Shown: positions 42,997 to 58,138 of the stretch, one piece after another
Layout of the letters: each line of letters starts with the position of its first letter
Numbering within the stretch: position 1 is the first letter of the stretch
DNA from: Pelomyxa schiedti
Lineage: Eukaryota; Protista; Evosea
Direction: 5' to 3'
NCBI GenBank assembly: GCA_020536535.1
Contig: JAHLWZ010000222.1
Location: 186,001-250,000 of the forward strand
Length of the DNA stretch: 64,000 nucleotides
The notes under the pieces: generated by a model
Seen by the model: only the letters and a program-made list of their open reading frames with translations
Databases searched by the model: none
Told to the model about the DNA's origin: nothing
Position numbers and translations under genes: made by a program

Positions 42997-45082
42997 ATGA
43001 GTTCGTCGTCACTACTATTGGCACTGAGGTACAGGGACATCGATGCCAGGTCTCCAGTATTTTTCATTGTTCCCATCCAACAAAACTCAAAACCACTAGG
43101 TTTCTCCGTGAGGCAAAGCAATTCCTGGCATCCTCGGATAATTCTTCGTGCTTGACCCTAATTAGCCCCTCGGCATCAGAGCCCATCACAACAGCAACAA
43201 CATCTTCCACAACATCCACGACTGGATCCAGTTGCTCCTCCGCCCATAATGCCACCGCGGCTGCATCTGGTACCTCCCTATTTGCGCCCCCAACTCGAAA
43301 TTTATCTGCCGTTGTGAACCAGGTTCCAAGCCCAACCGGGTTTTTGAGTTTGCTTTCAATCACGAACCGGCACAGTACTGCGCATGTGGCCGCCGTTGGC
43401 AGTGGAAGTTGGATTTCTCCCGTGAACCTTTTCAGGTGACTCCCATGAGTGCGCATTGTCAGCAGTGCAGTGCACCTATAACAAAGTGGTGCTCGGACGT
43501 TCAGGCGTTTGCTGCCACACACGTTGAAATAACTGATATCCTGGACAAGGCTTGTTCATTTTTCTTGAACGACTACAAGCACGCCGTATGTTTAGCCACG
43601 CAATGCAGTTCATTCTTTTAGTGCTGATTTTTACTTTTCCTGAAGATTTGGGAGGATGCAACAACCACAACTGCTCCAGTTTCTTCACCTGAGCCAAAAG
43701 GGAAAGTACCACCTGCTTCCACGGCTTCAAAGTGCTTCTTTTCTTTGGGTTCTCGCATTTCTCAATTTTATCCTACTCCAGTCAAGCTCCTGATCCACTT
43801 GTATCGAAGTGCCGACTGTGCTGTAGACAGTTTGACGCTGCAGTAATAGGAAAAACATACCCACCAAAAGTGACATCTCCAAACAAGCGGATAGTGTATG
43901 GCATGAGCTGCGCAAAGCCGCATCAAGGAATAATCACATTCACGAGGTAGTTCCTTATATGTAGAAAATCCAGTCTCCATTTTTAATGCCTCCAGGTGGA
44001 GAGCCATGTCTCTTCAGTCAGCGTACAAAATAACACATCCCACTCTGTCACCTAGCCTCGATTTTAGTGGAACACTGCTCAACTGTGTGGATGGTGCTTT
44101 CTTGTATGAGCCGGTTGATCCAAACTCAAACATAGTTCCATGGTTATACCGACTTTCGAAATGTTTACGTTTACCCATTGATCAGGCATATGAACTTTGC
44201 CGACAAACAGCTCTTTGGATTTTATGGCGGATCTCTCTTTGCGCAGGATGAAATGCAGGTTGTTCTCTACTGTTTAGGTTTTCTCCAACAGCTGCAACAG
44301 GTCGCAGAGCACCCCATTCTTGCATCCCTGCGAGCTGCTCTTCTTGCCTGTCCCGATGAATTGTGCAAGCCTATAACCTCAAATGCTTCCCAACCCACAC
44401 CATGTGCCATTCGGGGTGCTGAACGCCGGGTGCACATTGCAATAGAGCCAAATACTTCTCTTGGCCGTCCCAACGGGTTGTACGGGCACCAATTTGGACA
44501 GGCACCAGCAAATGTAGTTACAGAGGCGTGTACACTTTTGTCTCCTCCAACTATCTCAAATATTCTTGCCATGGAAGCCCCCAAGTAAGTTACTGTACTT
44601 CTTCTGCAGTTCCCAATTAATTACCTAGATTCGGCAAAGGGGCATACACATTATCTCAGCTGAACTTCATCTTGCAAACAGCTTACACGGGATATAAAGC
44701 AGCTGTTCTCGAATCCAAAGCTTATATGTTAGAACAGGGAAAATCCACCACCGAGCCATTTGTTTGCCCTCCCACTTTACCACAAAGTCCTAACCCAAAA
44801 AAGGTTGTGATGCACACTGGTGGATGGGGAACAGGAGCCTTTGGCGGCAACAAGGTTGTTATGACTCTGATGCAAGTCATTGCAGCCGCGTTTGCTGGAG
44901 TTGGCCAAATTATGTTCCACTGTTTTGATAACAGTGGCAGGGATGCCTTCACGGAAGCAGTCTCTATTCTGGAAACTGTGATCCCTCCCATTACCAACAG
45001 CAACCACCAAGTTCCAGTTTCTTCCTTGTTGAATGCAATCCAGGCTCTGGGTTTATTGTGGGGCCAAACAGATGGCAACTAA
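42997..45082 (+). CDS. Poly(ADP-ribose) glycohydrolase-like macrodomain protein with N-terminal low-complexity/Cys region; start uncertain
   Basis: Spliced W|HMNFADKQLFGFYGGSLFAQDEMQ|VAEHP (PARG NFA...GG...QxE loop) and HTGGWGTGAFGGNK...MQVIAA (PARG TGxWGCGAFGG loop). Confidence 0.75.
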
Positions 45083-45202
45083 GAATTCTTAAAAAAAACT
45101 TAATTTCTGCGTTGAAGGGACTGTACACAAGGAATTTGTTTGTTTTTAAGAAACTCTTCTGGTGTGGAGCTTCTGGTGTTTTTTAGGAATGCGGCAATGC
45201 AT

Positions 45203-46004
45203 CTAGTGCTTATCTGCTGGCCGTTTTCGTTTCCTTGGTATTGGTTCCTCTGGTGTGGTTGGTTTTTCTTGTTTTATTTTTCTTGTGGTTGATTTTGGCT
45301 CTGATTTGATTTTTGGTGATTTGGTTGTGGTGGATGTAGTTGTGGATGATGCTTTTTGCTTTTGCAAGAGCTTGGCATGGTCCTGTGCTACCTGATTAGC
45401 CAGTTTTGACTTGGCGATTTTCTTGAGCTTCATTTTCTTTGGGCTCTTGTCAGCAGTCCCATTCTTCACCTTCTCCGCAAGCAATTTCTTCTTCCTGAGG
45501 GTTCTGGCCTTGTCCTTCCTCCGCTTTAGTATTTTTCTGTGCCACTCCATTTTCTTCAAGCTCGTAGGAGCTTTGTAGGGGGGAAGAACTGGGTTGAGGT
45601 CGGGAACGTGGGCCGGCAGGATTTTCTGGCCCAGCTTGGGGTTCTTCTTCACTTGCTCCATTAGAATCGTGTGAACGGGGCGTGGTTCTTTGGCCTCAAT
45701 CGCGGCCTTGAGGTCTTTGAGCTTTTTTGTTGGTGGTTGCTTTGTGGGTGTCACTGCATATTTCCAGTGGAATCATCGAGTATGAACAGAACCAAAAAAA
45801 AAAACAAAAAAAAATGCAAGTGAGACAAGGTCATAACCCTCACCATGAAAATGGGGGGGGAAGGATACCGTGGCGTAGACCGAGCATTGTCTTTTGACAA
45901 GCAGCCCACACTTGTTCCTGCCTTGCTGCCCACACACCAGCCACCCTGGCCTTCATAATTCTCTTGTTGTTTTGGCTCGAAGTCGAGCAATTGGCCTTGC
46001 CCAT
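45203..46004 (-). CDS. Basic Lys-rich protein, probably nucleolar (weak LLPH/DUF2423-like N-terminus)
   Basis: Exon 1 MGKANCSTSSQNNKRIMKARVAGVWAARQEQVWAACQK joined in phase 1 to the 183-aa Lys-rich ORF. Confidence 0.55.
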
Positions 46005-46289
46005 TTCCGAAAATAGTGTCGCCTGTCTGTCGTGGGGGGGCTGGGTGTGATGTCTACGAAGAGCGAGGTGTCGCTTGTTGTGGGCGATTCGGCCGCAGCA
46101 CCTTTAATAAAGAATGTGCAACTGAAAGGAAAAAAGGAAATTTTTTTTTTTTATTTCAATAAACGTTTTTTGTTTTATCTATTAGGGGTGCGGAACGTGA
46201 AGAAGCGGGTTGGGTGTATTTTGAACATGGGCGGTATAATGTCTCCATTAGACCGGTTTGCGTTTGGCATTCACAAGCGGTGAGCGGGA

Positions 46290-48560
46290 CTACATCTTCT
46301 TGTTGGAATAGAGAGTGGAGTGGCGGAACCTAGTTCCTGATCTTAGGCTGTGGGGAGGTGCCTGTGCTGAGGTTGTGGTTCGAGGTGTTGTGTTTCTTAA
46401 CTTCTTGGGTTCTGGTGGTTTGTAATCTTCTTCACTGTTTTCTGGGGAAAGTTCTGGATAGTGGCCGGACTCATACCCGTCATCTGTTGGAGGGATTGGT
46501 GTGCCTGAAGGTGATGATAAAGGGGGCCCTGTGGGCTTATCGGATTGGGGTGGTATTTCCTTTGCTGATGTTACCAGCAGCATTACTGGTGGTGATGGTA
46601 GAACTGGCTTCTTGGTCTTGTTGGGATTAGGTTCATCTTCTGTGTCTGTGTCACTAGAGAGATTTGCGGTTCCGGCGGTTTTATCTGGATTTTTAGGAGA
46701 AGGTTCCGATCGTTGCCCTCTTGAGTGTCTCGGGACCGGGAGGCTTTGAAAGTCTGACACATCATCTTCATCAGAGTCTTCTGTAGATCTACGCCTACCA
46801 TGGTTCCGTCTTCTTCGAGCTGCATGAGCCGCAGCAAGGGAAGCTGCTGCGCCCTCGTAGCTCAGAATTAGATCAAGCAAAGAGAGTCCAGTGGCAAGAG
46901 GCAGTGACACAGATTGTATATTAGATTGGTGTTTGATCTTCCACTGTGAAGTAGGTGAGTGGCTACAGAAAGTTGAAGATATGTAAGTACGTAAGTTACT
47001 CCACTCTCCTCAAATTTTCCAATAACAGTAGGTGCAGAGTCAGTATCCAAATTGGTGAAGGACTTTGAAGAGTTTACGTGTGCGAGAGGGGGATGCACCT
47101 CCGGTGCTGCGGAAGGTGCTGCGGAAGGGGCATTTGTGAATTCCTCTTGGGTAGGAGAGAGTTTGGACGATGAAGTAGAATGACGTCTGCGTTGGGAAGA
47201 CGTCCACTCCTCGAAATCCGACTTTGCCCTTTCCTGAAGGCCATTCCATTGGTGAGTAGCCACCCACCGCAGACTATCGACGGCACGAAGGTAGCCGTTT
47301 TGTTCAAGTACGGAGAGTACACTTCCCAGGGCTTGGTTTCCAATGATTCCAAGATTGGGCCTTACAAGGCTGTTATGCAGTGGTAAAAGTTTTCTCGCCC
47401 TGATATTTTGTACAGTGATAGGAATATCTCTGTCACGTCGTTAGTATTTATTTGGTGGAAGAAACGTGAAAGTACCTTGCCACACACTTATGAATTCCAA
47501 CGATAAAAGCACACCAGGGATAGTGAACTCCATAAATACAAGTGTTCCTCATTCCATTTATACCAGGAAAAGGTGTAGCGCCAACAGGTGAATTCTCATT
47601 CGTGTCAGTCTGTGATTCTGGGCTACTTCGTGAACTCTATTTAACCCAAGAATGAGTAGGCACAGGGAAAAAAGGGGAGGAATTCCCACGAACTGGTCCC
47701 AAAACAAAATTAATTTGCATGTGTGTGAATGTTCATTCGAGACACACATTATTCTGGTCAGTTGTGACAGGTAGCCTGCTTAAATTATCCGGTGAGGACA
47801 TGGACTTTGAGCGATTGACCACGGCCGGTTCTATCCAAGTTGGTTTCTTGTTGTGAGTGTTGTCTCGAAGTGCACGGTGGCAACACTGAGTGAGTATGTC
47901 TGTGGGAATTTTTCGAACTGTCGCGACACGTGCGAAATTCCACTCAGATCTTTCTTTCCGGTTCTATGTGGCCACTTGTTTTCTAACTTGTTTTCTATTT
48001 CTTTCAACATATTACTAACCAGCTGTAGTGTGGGCGTTTGCACAGGGGGGAAGACAATGGGGGCCCGGATTGGTTCTGAATCTCATCTACGGTCTCCAGA
48101 GGTGCAGCAACTTGACCTGTGAATCTCGGAAGAAAGGAATACTTGTCAAGTTACAGGAAGTGCAGTCAGTTTTCTTCTCGGAATTTCCCTTTGATTTCAT
48201 CAAAAAAACGCCCAACGGCAACCAGGCGATGTACCCTAGAGGCTCGATAAACTGGGGCTGAAGGAAATGGTGAACCACGGTTATCCAGTGGTTCAAGTTC
48301 TCGCCCTGATACTTTGGTGGTGACACCGGAGCTACCGTTGGCTTGGAGGCTCCGCTGTGCTCCCAGCCACCAGATACTTACTTATGGGCACGTACCCGAA
48401 GTTATTCGCGTATGTGGCGTTATACGGATGCAACATTCCTTACAGCGTTTTGGCTCCGTGGTGATTCTGATTCTCACAATTGTTTTGGGTTCCGTTTCTC
48501 CTGCTGTGTCCTTTTGGAGTGATGTCCCTCTTACAACAACGGGCTGAGTACACGACTAAG
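46290..48560 (-). CDS. Hypothetical multi-exon protein, largely disordered; 5' end unresolved (may extend to about 49000)
   Basis: Chain of minus-strand open frames bounded by GT/AG (NRKERSEWNFARVATVRKIP...; RDIPITVQNIRARKLL...VLSVLEQNGYLRAVDSL; 206-aa terminal ORF). No family recognised. Confidence 0.4.
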
Positions 48561-49420
48561 GGCCATTTATGCACCAAAGTAGGAATACGTTTCTCCCCCA
48601 GAGAATATGTTTTTCCAGAACTTCAGTGGTTATTCTGACTCCGTAATGATTGTTAATGTGACTCCTAGTAAGCACTAATCTAGACACAGAAATTGACTTT
48701 CACGTGACGATGGCTGTTAAAACTGAGTCAAGTGTATTCTCCTTCCAAGAACAGTTCAGTGGGAACGCGAACACAAACCGGTGGTAAAAGATTCTCCCAG
48801 TAATGCACGGAACCAACGAGTAGAATACCAAATAGAGACCAAGTGCCATACTGGAACACAGGTACCCAATAAACCCAAAACCACTGAACATCACACAGGG
48901 AAAAAAATATGGAACTTGTGTACCTATTGTGGTTCTGAAGATTTCAATCGGGACTGCCTTCTGACAGAAACCTTCCCGGCACCGACTTCCCCCGGGTTCG
49001 TGTGTCCGAAAAAGGAAGCAAACTGGGCCGGTGCTTTGGGCTTTGATTTTTCTATTCCGCTAACTCAACAGAATTTCCGACTAAGGAAAGTTCAATTACT
49101 AAAAAATACGGTTACGCAAAACGTCTTGCAAACAAAGCAAAAGGTTGTCAACCGTTATGTTTTCCCAGGAGAAATAACCAACCAGCGAAACACCCGCTAT
49201 TTTTAAAAAATAAACCAACAAGCGAAGTCGGTACGTTTTTTTTCCTGTTGTGGTCTTTGTCATTTTGTGTGACAACAAAACAAAAAAAGCCCGCGACAAC
49301 AAAAAAAAACCAACGGACACGCATAGAAAGCTTCATCAGTGAGAGGGCACTTGAGTCCCTCCTTCCTCGTTGATTTACCTCGCCCATAATAACGGTTCTC
49401 TGGGTGGACTCTCTCAACAT

Positions 49421-52400
49421 ATGACCTCATCCTCCCTCACTAGTACAGTGTGGTCGTCCCCTGGTGCTACTCGACGTACCCCATCCCCAGGTGGGGGTGG
49501 GTCTGCCTCAGTCTCGTCACCCCCTCTGCCCTCAGGCCACACATCAACATCAACAACTGCAACATCAACATCAACAACGGTCACTTCAATAGGCACGAAC
49601 CACCCCAAACAACTCAACAACCACAATATCGGCAACTGGAATGTTGTTGGTTCCGAAAATGTACAATCACAAACTACAGCACAAATGTCAGTCCCTATTA
49701 TGGGACCCTATGTGATTCCCCAGATGTCACTCATGGAACAACTGCCCCCAATTCAGCAGCAAGGTCCCATAATGAGCCACTACCTCCTCCAGCAACAACA
49801 AAGACAGCAGCAGCAACAACAATCCCAGGTTATGATGAACCCACAACAATACCAGCAGCACAGTGAGCAGCAGAAGCAAATCATGGGAGAAAACACCAAC
49901 AACACTGTGACATCACCACGAGGCGTGGATGGTTCTCAAACAATCACATCTCCACGTGCTTTCAATGCCCATGCTCCGGCATACATTCCCGTAAGTGTGG
50001 CAAAATCTCAGGCATCAAAAGTTGCATCTGCCGGCGGATTAGTAGATTCACCTAGTATGGGTTCGGGTCCTGCCAATTCTGGAGGAACGAATTCCTCACA
50101 TGGCATATTACACCTCAACATGACCACTCCACTGACACTGAGCGGTCTGGGTACCCAAAAGAACATGAGTATTGTTCTTTCCCCTTTAAACGCCAGCGTC
50201 ACATCACCGAGGAATGCATCTACTACTTCACCACGAAACTTGCCAACAACATCCCCCAGGACCAATTCAATGGTATCCCCGAGGGTTCCGACACTGTCCT
50301 CACCAAGGACACTTAATCCCTCATCTCCAAGCTACACTCCTCCTGGTTCCCCGGGATCTTCTTACCTTCAATCTGTACCATACACACCTTACACAGTGCC
50401 TAAGAATGAGTGCCCAATGCGTATTGAGAGTGAATACCAACCTCCAATCGAGGGGTATTACGAGGACAATTTCCTTAGTGACAGCGATTACCAAGAGACA
50501 CCGAGATCAAGGAGAGCAAATTTAAGTCCAAATTTAGACAGTGACGTGTCATCACCAAGAGAATATATCCCTGAAGTTAGTATAGATGAAGATGATGCTG
50601 CCATCTCAGATGACCGCTCCGCTGATTTGAATGGCTATGGCTTCTCCAATCCAGGGGCATGGCAGGATACTAACCATTTTCGACCTGAGCACCATTTGGA
50701 AGCCCGTAGAACTGAAACCTGTTACCAAGAATCCGTTCAGCTTCTTGAAAACGGTTTAGATGCATTAAATCTTCTTGATGAACAAGAGTATGCGGACCTT
50801 ACCCTGCTTTTTTTTAATCCAAATTCAGAAGCACTGATGGAACACTCAATGACCACAACTCAATCGATATGGGCTTGTGGGGCAGCACTACCAAGCCCTT
50901 GGACCCGCACCAAGTAGCTTTTACCGAAGAGAATTCATTTTATAGTCTCCCACTTTTACCTAAGAGTCCCTCTGCCCCATTCATACAAACGTCACCGGCC
51001 ACACTATCCAAGTCCACACTTCGAAAGCAGTCCTCATTTCCCCTTCCCACATATCGACACAGTAATGCGCCAGGATCCCCGACCTCGAATAGTCCTGCAA
51101 TTGGTCAGAATTCACCTACCATGGCTGGAAGTATCCCGTCTACTGGTTCCCCGCCTCTCCAATTACCTCTTCCTCTCACTTCTCAGTTGTCACAAGAGCA
51201 AGATGTACGTGCCACCAGAGTTTCCCGCAGTCTTCCATCCACTTCAACTTTTATCCAACAGTTCCTACTGAAAGAGGCCCAAACAATTGTTACGGACGAA
51301 ATGAAAGCACAATATGAGCCCGATCAAGGCCAAGCTGCAATTGTGGGAACAGAAATGGAAAATAACGACCAAGAAAACAACTCCTTTTCCTACTTCAGTG
51401 GATTTCAACCTCCTACCACACGGACACCACCATTGATGCCGCATCCCTACCCAGCAATTGCGCGAGCACACTCTGCAGATAACCTTTTGTCCCCACCATC
51501 GCCTCCGGTTGTACCAAACTGTTTTACACCACCACTTGCACAAACCCCGACATCTTATAGTTTGCCACGGTTACAGTTCGTTCCCCAAGGAAACTCAAAT
51601 GTTGGAAAATCATCTCCGCCTCCCTCCCTATCTCCAAGATCCCAAGAACAACAAACATACAAACCCCCACAGATGTCTCCTCGTTCCCAAGATCCTTCAA
51701 CCAAGTTTGCTCAGAGTTCCCCACGTGGTGAACAAGCAGTACCCTACAAACTACCGTTATCGTCTCCACGATCAGTAGACCCACTCACTGGTTACAAACT
51801 TCAAATCTCACCAAGGTATGCTGAGCACAACAAGTTATCTCCCCGTTCAATGGATCCATCGTCCTATAGAGCACCTCTTTGTAGTCCAGAACAGGTTCCG
51901 CAAACTCTTCCTAAAAATCAGTTGTCTCCTGAGCAAATCTCTTGGCAACAAAGATCACCTAGAGGCACAAATGAAATCTACAAGCCCCCGCCAGTGTCTC
52001 CTCGGTCTGTGGTAGAGCCACAAATGTACAAATCTCCGGATGCACTTCACGCAGTTGAGATGCCTCAACATTTGCATGACCAACCATCCATTTTGGGGCA
52101 ACACTCTCCCCGTGGAGAACAGCAACAACCGCAGATTTCACCAAGACAACCACATATCAACTCCCCTACTGTACAATCGCCGCCACTTGGCCCAGCTTCT
52201 TCTCCACCTCCCACTCAAAGAAATCGCTATTACACACTAGACTTGTCTCATCAACCTTATGATCTCCCCCTTTTACCTCCTCCAAATGGATCGTTGCCTC
52301 TTTCTCAAGATCAAAAGCAGTTTACACCAGGAATCAACCCTGGGATTACCTCCCCAAGGGGGTGCTTCATTCCGCAAGTAACGAGTATGGTGTAGTCCAC

Positions 52401-54847
52401 TTGAAATATGAATTTAACACTTTCCAGATGCACCAGCAAGCATATACAATGAAGAATCATCCATGAACCAAAATAAACGAGGTGAATTGGTGGAAAGTCC
52501 TACCTCGCGATTGACATACAAAATGTTTTACCGCAAGTTTAAGCAAACAGAAAAAGATGAGGGACTGAAGGCGGCAGTTAATTTTGCTTTGAGGCATCTT
52601 ATCACTCTTCCTCACAAAGTGCACTGGCGTGTATATCTTGAAATGGCTGACATGGCTAAGCGTGAAAATGTACTGGAGGAAGCAAGAGATTACTATGAAA
52701 AAGTAACTCAGTTGCAACCATATGCTAGCCAAGGATGGCTGGAGTATGCAAAAATGGAAGAAGAGTGTGGCAAAGTGGAAGCTTGTCGAGTAAGCTCCTC
52801 CCGTTAAGATTCATTCCAGTAATCCCCATTGGCAGTGTATTCTCGCGCGGGGACTTAACCACTGCTCATATAATGAAAGCTTAATGTTAAAGGCAATAAA
52901 ACTTGAAGAAAAACTTGGAAATCTTGACGCTGCTCGTGCTCTCCTCTCTCGAGTGAAGTAGGCTTATTTTTTCTTGTTGCCCATTCTTATCAACACAGGC
53001 ACTTTCCGGTGGAAAAGACTTGGAAAACAATGCTGGAGGGTGCTCTTCTGGAAGCTAGAAATGGCAATATCGGTCTGGCTCGTCACATTTTCAAAGTTTC
53101 ATTGTCACATTTGGTACTTTCTCTTACATAGAATAGTATCTGATCAGGCATGCTCCTTGGTTTGGACCTATTTATCAAGAAGCATACCGATTCGAGGAGA
53201 AGTATGAATCCTATGACCGAGCCGTAGCAATAGTAGAGACTGGATTAAAGCAATGCACACGGTAGTTACGTAATTGCCCTTTTCTCGCTTACTTATTCAA
53301 AGATATGGGCCACTTTGGTTTTCAGCACTAAGGATTCATGAAAAAATTTCCAAAGGGAATTTGGAAAAAACTCGCCAAATTGTTGAACGAGCTGTTCAGC
53401 AAATATCCAAGGTTCGACAACCTAGTGCTTACTCTTAGATTGACGTGTCATCTTAGGAATTGGTCTGGAAGATTTACTTTGAGGCTGCCCAGATAGAAGA
53501 CAGAGCAGGCAACATTGACAAAGCTAGGGATATGTACGTCCGCGCTGTTTACACCTGTCCGGAAAATTTGTTGTGGAAAGTATGGCTTGGAGGTATGAAT
53601 GAACGCACTGACAGCTGTAATTACCCACGATACAGGGGCGAGAACTGAGCTTGGGGTGGACGGCGTTCTTGTTGCTCGGATGCTTGTGAGACGTGCGTTA
53701 CAGGAAGTACCCCTAAAAATGCGCCCAACGGTACTACTGGATAAATCGAGACTCGAAGAATATGCAGGGGATATTGAAGCAGCTAGAGGTATCCTTTTCA
53801 ATGCAAGGAAGGAATCCTCCCACGAATGGAAGGTACCCCATATGCTCAGATTTTGAGTGCTATTTGTGCAAGCTAACAGACGTGAAAGGTTTTCCTAGAG
53901 AGTGTACTTTTAGAAATACGTGCTGGAAATATACCGGGAGCTATACTTGCAGTGAAAGAGGCACTGAAAGTAGAATCACCCTTCTCCCCTTGAAAGGAAA
54001 TAAATGCCCCTCCTAGATCCACACTGCCACTGGGCGTCTGTGGGCTGTATTTATACAACTGAAGCAACCATGCGGAAGTGAAGCCCAAATGAAGGTGTTT
54101 CAGAAAGCACTTCGTGAGGTATCTTTTTTACCACTTTTTTTTTTGCTCAGGCAAATATCTCAAGGTACCCAAGTCGGGTGAAGTATGGTGTGAGGGGGCA
54201 AGAATATATCTTTCTCAAAACGACTTCAAGGAAGCTAAAAAGTAGTGATCCACTAGCTTTATACCCTTTTAAACATCCAAAAGGGCACTCAAATTTGCCA
54301 TACAATTCACGCCTCAATATGGTGACTCATTTATTGAATGTCTCCATAGAAAGATACTCTGTAAAGGTATATCATGCGATACACGTGGGATAGAACAGGT
54401 ACAGAACTCTCCGATTTCTTCCGGTCATCTTATTTCTGGAAGAGGTGCATAAACGCAGAACCCAACTATGGACCAATGTGGTTGCACTGCAAAATCCACC
54501 CTCTTGATTCCTCAAGACAGGTCCTGCGCACAGCAAAACAACTTCTTATCACAGCTCTCGCAGACAAGGGCCCTGGTCTCAGTGCTAGCAGCCCTGGTTT
54601 GCCCAGTTCACCCCTCATCAACCAGCATGAATATAGCACCAGTGCACCTTCTCAACCTTCGATTCTTACTGCAAGTCCAACTTCAAATGCCTCCGGAAAT
54701 GTAAATGGCAATGAAGCATCACCCCCAAAAGGCGATGATAACCCAGTTTGCTTATTCAATCTCAACGCAATCCACCAGTGCCACAGTGGCACAAAGGCTA
54801 CTGATCGCCGGAAACTCATTTTTGGATCAGATCAGATAAAGCCATGA
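49421..54847 (+). CDS. Large protein with about 1000-aa disordered S/T/P/Q N-terminus and C-terminal HAT/TPR repeats (Prp6/Crn-like fold; RNA processing inferred)
   Basis: The 515-aa and 508-aa ORFs are joined by a short GT-AG intron near 50789-50828. Then HWRVYLEMADMAKRE, QGWLEYAKMEEECG, VWKIYFEAAQIEDRAG, EWKVFLESVLLEIRAG, SGEVWCEGARI, NYGPMWLHCK: repeated W..Y/F...E HAT pattern. Confidence 0.78.
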
Positions 54848-56467
54848 GAGGATCCCGGCAGTGAAAAAACAAGTATCTTCCCAATTTTTCAGCCTAGCAC
54901 CAACGCAATAGGATTAGACTGTAGAGGAAATAAAGAGATAGAACAAGCCCTGACTGTTTCATACCGCACTTCCCCAGCAAACAGCTGAATATGTGTAACG
55001 ATAATATCTGTTGGAGATGTAAATGAAACAGCTATAGGAATGTGGAGCTTCTGGGGTGGGGATAAAGAAACCACCCCAATTTGTAAAGATTGGTTTTTGT
55101 GTAACAGAAAAATTTTTGTCTGTCTCTGCGGAATCGCACCCTAATTTATTTTTAGCTCATAACTGGCTTTGCCCATAAGTACATGTGGGGAAAAAACGCT
55201 AGACTGAAAAGAGGATCCCGCGGGCTTATTTTCCGTGGTGCCGTTGTTGCAGTGCTCCATCGTTTTCTAAACAAATGTCCACTTTTCTGATATACATGAA
55301 GAACACAACTGCCAACAACAAAACAATATTTGATCAGACACTGTTGTGCCGAGATCAAGCAAGCAACGCAAACACCACATTTTTTTTCCCCCGAATGCGC
55401 AGTCATATTTGTAGGTTTGTGAAAGAAGCAGTTGTGATTTCTTACTTTCCAGTTCCTTCATTCAGTTTGTTAATGACCCACTGGTGTGGTTTTTCATTAA
55501 TCACACATCATGTCCAAAGGAAAAGGAAAATGTCAGCAAATGCCTTATCTCACGAGTGCCTGAAGAACCTTTACAATCAAATAAACATCACAAATGAAAC
55601 AAACATTGAAAATCAAGCTGGCTGTCGCCTGGCTTGCGCTTGTGTCTTCTGTTTGTGAAGGTTGGTTCTCTTCTCCCTAAAAAGAAAGAACAGCTAGTTT
55701 ACCGCGTGGGCTTGCGCACAGGAAGACGGCGAAGATCAAGAAGGCGACACGTCATTGTTGGGTGTTCTTGCTGAACACTGCGCGGCAATGGCCTTGTACG
55801 CCATCGTTATCAATGATATTATCACTCAGCACATTCGTTGTGTTGTTTATTGCGTTTAGTGCGATTTTCAGTGCTTAAATTGTGGGTCGTCGTTCTCAGA
55901 AAAGCGAACGAAGGGTTACCGCGGTACCGTCCCATCTTTCGAAGATTGAATTGAATGTCTCAGGGTATGAGAGTGTCTGATGTAGGGCACACTTTCATTG
56001 AAGCCACACAACGCAGTGCGTACGAGGACCAGTTACAAGGGGATAGGAAATTATGGCTTCGTGGCAATTTTATCGGAATTTTATTTCAAGACGATTCTAA
56101 TCAAAATTCCCTTTAATCGAATTGTTTTGTCATGTACATGGGAAAACAAACAGAAGCCCAATAAAAAGAAAGGTTGACAAAGGAACAGTGATTTATTATT
56201 TTTTCTCTGCCAACAACCAAAGACGGCCAAAGCCTCAAAGGGCAACGGGAAGGAGTGTGTCTTGGCAGGTAATAGGGTTTCCTTTTCCCCCTGGCTCTAT
56301 ATGTTCAAGTTGGCCAAACCAGTGGCACAACCCGAAACCAGAGGAAGGGGGATAGAGCCCTGTGCTTACCACATTCAACAAGACTCCTAGCACTTCCCGT
56401 ATAGCTGCCCAAGGAAGCTCTGTGGTCCGTATCTTTCCGGTTGTTGTCTGAAGGGTTTAGTGTGTGT

Positions 56468-57718
<1,251 letters not shown>

Positions 57719-58138
57719 TTATTTTTTTAATTGTTTGTTGGTTCTGCTTGCTTGTCTGTTCTTTGTTGAAAAGAAAAAATGTTGGTTCGTCGCTTAAATG
57801 CCTAGATTGTTCCTAAACAAGGAGCAATTGCCAAAGGGCAGAATCCGTTTTTGGCATTATTCTGTTCCTCTGAACTGGGGAGTCAACTTGGCTCCCCCCA
57901 GCCCTGTCAGAAGGAGGCACATGTTGAGATTCGTGCTGTGTGGTTCGTACAACAGCTTCCGATAACCCCAATCTTTGTTTTGTTTCGCAAGAAGAACCCA
58001 AACAGTGGAACGGAACCCCTCCTGTTCTTTCGGGCTACACATGTTCCCCCTTGCGCAATAAGGAGAACATCCACTTCGCCGAAGCCAAAGTTCAGAGAAG
58101 AAAAAAGAAGTCTGCCTGATCGGGTGTGGTCGCACCCC

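Noticed and set aside
47830-48043. ORF fragments resembling a DUF3987/primase-helicase C-terminus
   Set aside because: A splice-consistent alternative frame (NRKERSEWNFARV...) explains the region; no Walker motifs found.
50789-50917. Apparent programmed frameshift between the overlapping 515-aa and 508-aa ORFs
   Set aside because: A short GT-AG intron (gtatg...ttcag) joins the frames.
55690-55755. Signal-peptide-like frame (RVAFLIFAVFLCASPR) one base off an ATG, suggesting a frameshifted secreted protein
   Set aside because: That frame meets a stop in the next putative exon, while the ATG frame stays open. No consistent gene model for 54889-55755 could be built, so the region is left unresolved.
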